Source: Halalkalibacterium halodurans
GTDB lineage: Bacteria; Bacillota; Bacilli; Bacillales; Bacillaceae_D
Reading direction: 5' to 3'
DNA: 32,000 nt
Assembly: GCF_004376175.1 (NCBI RefSeq)
Contig: NZ_SNUY01000022.1
Coordinates: forward strand, 23,354-55,353
Shown here: piece after piece, positions 27,562-32,000 of the stretch
How the letters are laid out: each line of letters opens with the position of its first letter
How positions within the stretch are numbered: the stretch's first letter is position 1
Position numbers and translations under genes: made by a program
The notes under the pieces: generated by a model
Databases searched by the model: none
What the model saw: only the letters and a program-made list of their open reading frames with translations
What the model was told of the DNA's origin: nothing

Positions 27562-28797
27562 CTATTGATATTTTTTAAAGACGAGAGTGGCGTTATGTCC
27601 ACCAAAGCCTAATGAGTTACTTAATACAGCATTCACGTCCTGCTTTCTTGCTTCATTTGGAACATAGTCCAAATCACAATCTGGGTCTGGCGTTTCATAG
27701 TTAATAGTTGGAGGAACAATCCCCTCTTCAATCGCCTTCACCGAAAAGATCGCTTCTACAGCCCCTGCTGCACCGAGCAAATGTCCGGTCATTGACTTCG
27801 TCGAACTAATAGCCAATTTGTTCGCATGGTCACCAAACACTTGTTTAGCTGCAAGTGTTTCGTATTTATCATTGTAATACGTGCTCGTTCCATGGGCGTT
27901 CATGTATTGAATGTCTTCTGGCGCCAATCCTGCATCCTCGATGGCTTGCTTCATAGCACGGGCAGCTCCTTCTCCTTCTGGAGCGGGCTGTGTCACGTGA
28001 TAAGCATCGCCTGTTGCGCCATATCCGACAATCTCAGCATAAATCTTTGCCCCACGCTTTTCAGCAGATTCCAGAGACTCAAGAATGAGAATTCCAGATC
28101 CTTCTCCCATAACAAAGCCATCTCGATTCGCATCAAATGGACGTGACGCCGTGTTTGGATCTTCGCTTGTTGAAATCGCCTTCGCCATACTAAAACCAGC
28201 AACAGCCATATTCGTGATCGGAGCCTCTGCGCCCCCAGTAATCATCACATCAGCATCTCCCCGTTGGATGACTTTAAACGCATCACCTATCGAGTTAGCT
28301 CCTGATGCACAAGCGGTTACAGAGCAAGAGTTGATTCCTCTGGCACCTGTTATAATTGACACTTGTCCAGAAGCCATATCAGGAATCATCATTGGAACGA
28401 AAAACGGACTGACCCGACGGTATCCTTTTTCGATAAACATTCTAAATTGATTTTCGTATGTTTCCATCCCACCGATGCCAGAGCCAATCCAGACCCCGAC
28501 TCGCGGTGCAATGTCTTCTGTGATCTCAAGGTCAGCATCCTTCAACGCCATTAATGCAGAAGCGACCGCAAATTGCGTAAAACGGTCCATTTTCCGTGCT
28601 TCTTTTCGGTCAATATGCGTTGTCGGATCAAATTCTTTTACTTCAGCAGCTACTTTCATTGGGAAATCAGCAGCTTCGACACGCGTTAACAGACCAACCC
28701 CAGATTGGCCGGCAATGGCTTTTTCCCACGTTTCCTCTGCCGTATTTCCAAGTGGTGTCACTGCACCGATCCCCGTAACAACTACACGTCTATTCAT
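27562..28797 (-). CDS. fabF: 3-oxoacyl-ACP synthase II
   Basis: 411 aa, [18 protein letters not shown]..., with the active-site Cys context (CSVTACASG), the His-His context (HVTQP, NAHGTST) and the C-terminus [14 protein letters not shown]. Confidence 0.96.
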   Translation of the reverse strand: MNRRVVVTGIGAVTPLGNTAEETWEKAIAGQSGVGLLTRVEAADFPMKVAAEVKEFDPTTHIDRKEARKMDRFTQFAVASALMALKDADLEITEDIAPRVGVWIGSGIGGMETYENQFRMFIEKGYRRVSPFFVPMMIPDMASGQVSIITGARGINSCSVTACASGANSIGDAFKVIQRGDADVMITGGAEAPITNMAVAGFSMAKAISTSEDPNTASRPFDANRDGFVMGEGSGILILESLESAEKRGAKIYAEIVGYGATGDAYHVTQPAPEGEGAARAMKQAIEDAGLAPEDIQYMNAHGTSTYYNDKYETLAAKQVFGDHANKLAISSTKSMTGHLLGAAGAVEAIFSVKAIEEGIVPPTINYETPDPDCDLDYVPNEARKQDVNAVLSNSLGFGGHNATLVFKKYQ

Positions 28798-28834
28798 ATA
28801 ACGATTCTCCTTTGCAACAGTTTTCCTCTTATGC

Positions 28835-29773
28835 TTATCTTCCCCATCTAAGAGCTAATGAACCCCACACAAGTCCAGCTCCAAATCCAACGAGTACGAG
28901 CAAGTCTCCATCTTTTATTTTACCATCATTTAACTCATCCACCATAGCCATCGGTATAGAGGCTGATGAAGTGTTCCCATACTTCTTAACGGTCGTTGAC
29001 ATTTTCTCAACTGGCAACTCCAAACGTTCTCTGGAAGCTTCCATAATTCGAATGTTCGCTTGGTGCGGGATAAGAAAGTCCACGTCTTCTTTTGATAGGC
29101 CCGCTTTTTCAAGGACGCTCAGCGCTGATTCACCCATTTGTCTGACGGCGAACTTAAACACTTCCCGCCCATTCATTTGGATGTACTCCCCTTTTTGATT
29201 AATATGCATAGCGCCTTCCCCGTCCGCTCCTAACTCATATGCAAGGATTCCTCTGTCTTCAGAGACTGCCCCCATGACGGCGGCTCCAGCCCCATCACCA
29301 AAAAGAACGGCTGTATTCCGGTCTGTCATATCTGTAATTTTTGATAGCTTCTCGACCCCAATGACGAGGACGTGCTTATATCCACCATTTTCAATGAATT
29401 GTTGTCCAGTTGCTAATCCGTAAATAAACCCAGCGCATGCTGCACTAATGTCCATCGCTGCCGCTTTTTTGGCTCCTAAACGTTGCTGAACCAATGTTGA
29501 AACAGTCGGGAATGGCATATCTGGTGTAACAGTTGCGACTAAAATAAGGTCAATCTCTTCCGCTGAGACTCCTGCAGCTTTTAATGCTTTGACGGATGCC
29601 TCATAGGCCATGTCTGATGTGTCTACATTGTCAGGGGCAAAACGCCGCTCCTCAATACCAGTACGTGTGCGGATCCATTCATCTGACGTATCGATCCGTT
29701 TCTCAAAATCTTTGTTTGTTACGACATGCTCTCCCACATAACTTCCAATTCCAAGAATTCCTGCTCTGGTCAC
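28835..29773 (-). CDS. fabH: 3-oxoacyl-ACP synthase III
   Basis: 312 aa with the motifs [11 protein letters not shown] (active-site Cys), HQANIRI and [10 protein letters not shown]. It lies directly upstream of fabF, like fabHA-fabF in B. subtilis. Confidence 0.96.
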   Translation of the reverse strand: MTRAGILGIGSYVGEHVVTNKDFEKRIDTSDEWIRTRTGIEERRFAPDNVDTSDMAYEASVKALKAAGVSAEEIDLILVATVTPDMPFPTVSTLVQQRLGAKKAAAMDISAACAGFIYGLATGQQFIENGGYKHVLVIGVEKLSKITDMTDRNTAVLFGDGAGAAVMGAVSEDRGILAYELGADGEGAMHINQKGEYIQMNGREVFKFAVRQMGESALSVLEKAGLSKEDVDFLIPHQANIRIMEASRERLELPVEKMSTTVKKYGNTSSASIPMAMVDELNDGKIKDGDLLVLVGFGAGLVWGSLALRWGR

Positions 29774-29829
29774 TAGCTAGGACCCCTTTCTAATATACGA
29801 TCATTCCTCGTAGGGATTACGAGTTATTA

Positions 29830-29846
29830 TTAGTACCTACTACTAA
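29830..29846. promoter_or_regulatory. Probable FapR operator
   Basis: This is the 17-bp inverted repeat TTAGTACCTACTACTAA (TTAGTA-N5-TACTAA). It lies immediately downstream of the fabH -10 element, the arrangement I recall for FapR-controlled fabHA-fabF in B. subtilis. Confidence 0.5.
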
Positions 29847-29875
29847 ATTTTATCTTATTTTTCTCCCCCTGTCTA
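29847..29875 (-). promoter_or_regulatory. Probable SigA promoter of fabH-fabF
   Basis: The minus strand reads TAGACA (29875-29870), a 17-bp spacer, then TAAAAT (29852-29847). Confidence 0.5.
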
Positions 29876-29995
29876 CTATATCCCCATTCTTCAAAAGCTA
29901 CCTTTCATACAAGATGATCGCCCTACACCCATGGTCTCATGGCGCATATACTAAGTAGCGAGTAGAAGAAACGGATCGAGAAAGGAGTCAGTACG

Positions 29996-30295
29996 ATGTC
30001 CAATCAGGAGGAGCGAGATTTTTTCACCGATCTTATGTTCGGACGGCCACCTGAAAGCACCGATGTTGCTGAGGAAAACCCTCAGGAAAGCACAAGTGGT
30101 AGCACCGTAGAAGAAACAAAAACAGAAGGAGAAACGAAGCAAGAAGAAACGAATGCAGCTCCAGCACTACCACTTACTTTTGAACAGATGGAACACATTT
30201 TTCGCTTGGCCCAATCATTAGGACCAGCATTGAAAAGTCTTTCCCCATATGTAAAGACGATACAACAATTGATAAGTCAACAGAAAAAAGACTAA
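29996..30295 (+). CDS. Hypothetical acidic 99-aa protein
   Basis: RBS GAAAGGAG lies 8 nt upstream of the ATG. The protein has an E/T-rich low-complexity centre and a helical C-terminus. It is divergent from fabH. Confidence 0.6.
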   Translation: MSNQEERDFFTDLMFGRPPESTDVAEENPQESTSGSTVEETKTEGETKQEETNAAPALPLTFEQMEHIFRLAQSLGPALKSLSPYVKTIQQLISQQKKD

Positions 30296-30302
30296 ACAAA
30301 GG

Positions 30303-30342
30303 GGCTGGCTCTCTTGTCAATCACATGACACAAGAGCCAGCC
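30303..30342. terminator. Hairpin between convergent genes
   Basis: Arms GGCTGGCTC (30303-30311) / GAGCCAGCC (30334-30342), extended by TTGT/ACAA. The flanking T-runs are weak. Confidence 0.5.
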
Positions 30343-30390
30343 TTCCATTCATCGTTCTTTCAATCAAAAACCAAGAAGCATAGGGCTGAT

Positions 30391-30645
30391 TTATTTATAG
30401 TAGCCAAAAGGTGACTGGCTAGGAGGACCATACATCGGACCAAAATTTGGACCGTAATTTGGGCCAAAATTCGGGCCATACGAAGGGCCATAAGCTGGTC
30501 CGTACCCTCCATAAGGCTTTCCACCAAATAATAACGGTCCAACGGCGAGGCCGGCTAAAAAGGGAAGGACGGCAGGATAAAAGCGTTCCCCTGTTCCGAT
30601 ATATCCATACTGTCTATAGTAAGGGCCATGCGTATAAACGTTCAT
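30391..30645 (-). CDS. Gly/Tyr/Pro-rich 84-aa protein with a hydrophobic centre and a (Y/F)GPx tetrapeptide repeat tail
   Basis: RBS GAAGGAG lies 6 nt upstream of the ATG. The C-terminal half reads YGPAYGPSYGPNFGPNYGPNFGPMYGP. Confidence 0.7.
   Translation of the reverse strand: MNVYTHGPYYRQYGYIGTGERFYPAVLPFLAGLAVGPLLFGGKPYGGYGPAYGPSYGPNFGPNYGPNFGPMYGPPSQSPFGYYK
30425..30508. repeat. Seven tandem 12-bp units (GGNCCNNANNNN) inside the Gly/Tyr/Pro-rich gene
   Basis: The units are GGACCATACATC GGACCAAAATTT GGACCGTAATTT GGGCCAAAATTC GGGCCATACGAA GGGCCATAAGCT GGTCCGTACCCT. Confidence 0.85.
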
Positions 30646-30713
30646 CGTGACACTCCTTCTAATAGGTGTTCATACCATCTTATGCCCTTTGTCCGTCAGT
30701 TGCGCACGTCCCG

Positions 30714-31043
30714 TTATAACTGTTTATCACTACTTGCCAATTGAGCCAGCACATCATGCAAAAAGCCTTCTAATTTTTCAACGGCCTTCACTTCCGCTTC
30801 TGTCTTTAATTCCATCCCTTTAATGTCTTCCACTGTACGAAGAAACCCTTCAAATTCACCTGTTCGTAACTGAGCAATGGCATAGGAAACAAACACTTGC
30901 GGTTCGGCCACATCTGTCTGTCGGAAAAGCTCGATATACGGGGTCAACGTTTGGATTCCTTCTTCAAAACGCTTGTCTTTTAATTGTTGTTTTCCTTTTT
31001 TTACTTCTTTTACAAACGATCGTAGTGCATCCTCTTTGTTCAT
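30714..31043 (-). CDS. Hypothetical helical protein (109 aa from the ATG at 31043; 117 aa if 31067 is used)
   Basis: The ORF has a plausible RBS (AAGGGG) before the ATG at 31043. I recognise no family motif. Confidence 0.55.
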   Translation of the reverse strand: MNKEDALRSFVKEVKKGKQQLKDKRFEEGIQTLTPYIELFRQTDVAEPQVFVSYAIAQLRTGEFEGFLRTVEDIKGMELKTEAEVKAVEKLEGFLHDVLAQLASSDKQL

Positions 31044-31123
31044 CTTCAAGCCCCTTTTCCTGTTCATTTCATACTACATAAATGGGGTGATTGAATCACG
31101 TGCATGATAAAAACGTTCGCTTG

Positions 31124-31759
31124 TCACAGCTGCTTCATACCTACCACGCGTATCCGCTTATAATCGGCCCACCAATTCGTTCCATCAAATAACGCGTCCT
31201 TCACTTCCGCTTCGACAAACCGCACAATCTCTGCTTGACCAATGCTTGGGAAGAACCATGGTAACTCCTCTTTTGACCAACGGCTATCGGCCTGACTCAT
31301 CGCATCTGCTAAAGTGTTCACAATCGTCTCCACATTTCCTTTTCCGCCAAATTCCGCTACAAATCTTCCACCCGGCTTCAGTGAACGATAAATGACCGTT
31401 AAGGCCTCTTCTGCGTCCTTTATCCAGTGAAAGACAGCATTCGAGAATACAGCATCGAATGTTTCAGAAAAGCTCAAGTCTGTCGCTTCTGCCACTTGAA
31501 AATCAAGGTGAGGGAACTTTCCCTTGGCTTGTTCGATCATTGACTCTGACACATCAACACCGATTACCCTTGACCCTAGCTGATGAATTTGCTCGGTTAA
31601 ATCTCCTGTTCCGCATCCAAGGTCAAGAACGCATTCCCCTTCCTTCGGCGCTAACCATTGAATAAGATCTTCCCCATATGCTGATACAAAACGGTGCCTC
31701 TCATCATAAAGTTTCGCATTCCAGTCATCCGTCTGACGATTGCTTGACCCCAATCCCAT
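31124..31759 (-). CDS. Class I SAM-dependent methyltransferase (trans-aconitate methyltransferase-like)
   Basis: Motif I is VLDLGCGTGDLT. Also present are post-I VIGVD, FDAVFSNAVFHW and GGRFVAEFGG. The start is either the ATG at 31759 or the GTG at 31762. Confidence 0.85.
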   Translation of the reverse strand: MGLGSSNRQTDDWNAKLYDERHRFVSAYGEDLIQWLAPKEGECVLDLGCGTGDLTEQIHQLGSRVIGVDVSESMIEQAKGKFPHLDFQVAEATDLSFSETFDAVFSNAVFHWIKDAEEALTVIYRSLKPGGRFVAEFGGKGNVETIVNTLADAMSQADSRWSKEELPWFFPSIGQAEIVRFVEAEVKDALFDGTNWWADYKRIRVVGMKQL

Positions 31760-32000
31760 CACTTCCCCGTTTTTATTTGAACCCTATTCGTACTACAGGA
31801 AAAAATGTAATATCATCACAAGCTTTTGCTTATTGCAAGTAAACTTTCTTAAAGGGCAAAAAGCTTCTTTTACTGGTTCTTAGTCAAATGTTGGGGTGGC
31901 ATAGGAGGGCGAGCCCCTCTTATCCTACCCCGAATGTTTGATGTTTGAATTGATGATGCAAGAGAATACGGTTTCGCAAGCGATCATAACGCCGAAAACC

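Noticed and set aside
27826-29198. Multiple 60-128-aa ORFs antisense to fabF and fabH, with similar antisense ORFs inside pepF, coiA, cls, mecA, the hemolysin-III gene, the transposases, the carboxypeptidase gene and the CAP-domain gene.
   Set aside because: These are shadow ORFs on the opposite strand of strongly supported genes. They have no RBS and low-complexity or Ser/Pro/Arg-rich products.
31124-31762. The methyltransferase looks about 45 aa shorter than the Tam-like homologues I remember. The segment after ...PWFFPSIGQ that normally reads Y..LLE..GF.V....LFDRPT seems to be missing.
   Set aside because: This rests only on my memory of homologous sequences. The ORF is uninterrupted and the C-terminal W.ADY.R.RVV motif is present. 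An actual alignment is needed before calling an internal deletion.
31880-32000. An imperfect hairpin GGGGTGGCATAGGAGGGC / GCCCCTCTTATCCTACCCC (about 31893-31932), and two open minus-strand frames entering from the right edge of the window and stopping near 31920.
   Set aside because: Only about 25 codons are visible and two frames are equally open. No U-run follows the hairpin. This is not enough to call a CDS end, a terminator or an RNA.

Overview
This window is a chromosomal segment of a Bacillaceae genome; I cannot name the species from sequence alone. The gene order follows the conserved Bacillus yjb/yja core neighbourhood. On the left are spxH(yjbH, partial), pepF, coiA, cls, mecA, a TerC-family yjbE, spx and yjbC. 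A non-B. subtilis block follows: an HTH protein, a hemolysin-III family protein, an HD protein, a Na/Ca-exchanger-type antiporter and a TlpA/ResA-like thiol-disulfide oxidoreductase. Next come trpS, yjbA and yjaZ. A second block holds coaA, a small ORF, a PBP5-type D-Ala-D-Ala carboxypeptidase, a CAP/YkwD-like protein, a LysM-SleB/CwlJ-type hydrolase, an interrupted hypothetical gene and a class-II nucleotidyltransferase. The window ends with fabF-fabH and a FapR-type operator, three small hypothetical genes and a SAM methyltransferase. Two insertion sequences can be delimited to the base from inverted repeats and target-site duplications. One is an IS6/IS26-like element (13000-14832, 8-bp duplication) carrying an unusually long zinc-ribbon transposase. 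It sits between the oxidoreductase gene and its likely promoter. The other is an IS4-family element (24375-25946, 9-bp duplication) that splits a 216-codon ORF in frame. I found no rRNA, tRNA, CRISPR array, prophage, defence island or recognisable riboswitch, and no convincing novel multi-gene system. The points worth a second look are the IS-associated regulatory rearrangements, several short unannotated ORFs (one resembles a type I toxin in shape), the lack of a recognisable T-box upstream of trpS, a possible split-CCA nucleotidyltransferase paralogue and a 12-bp tandem-repeat gene. All functional calls rest on motif and synteny recognition by eye, not on database searches.
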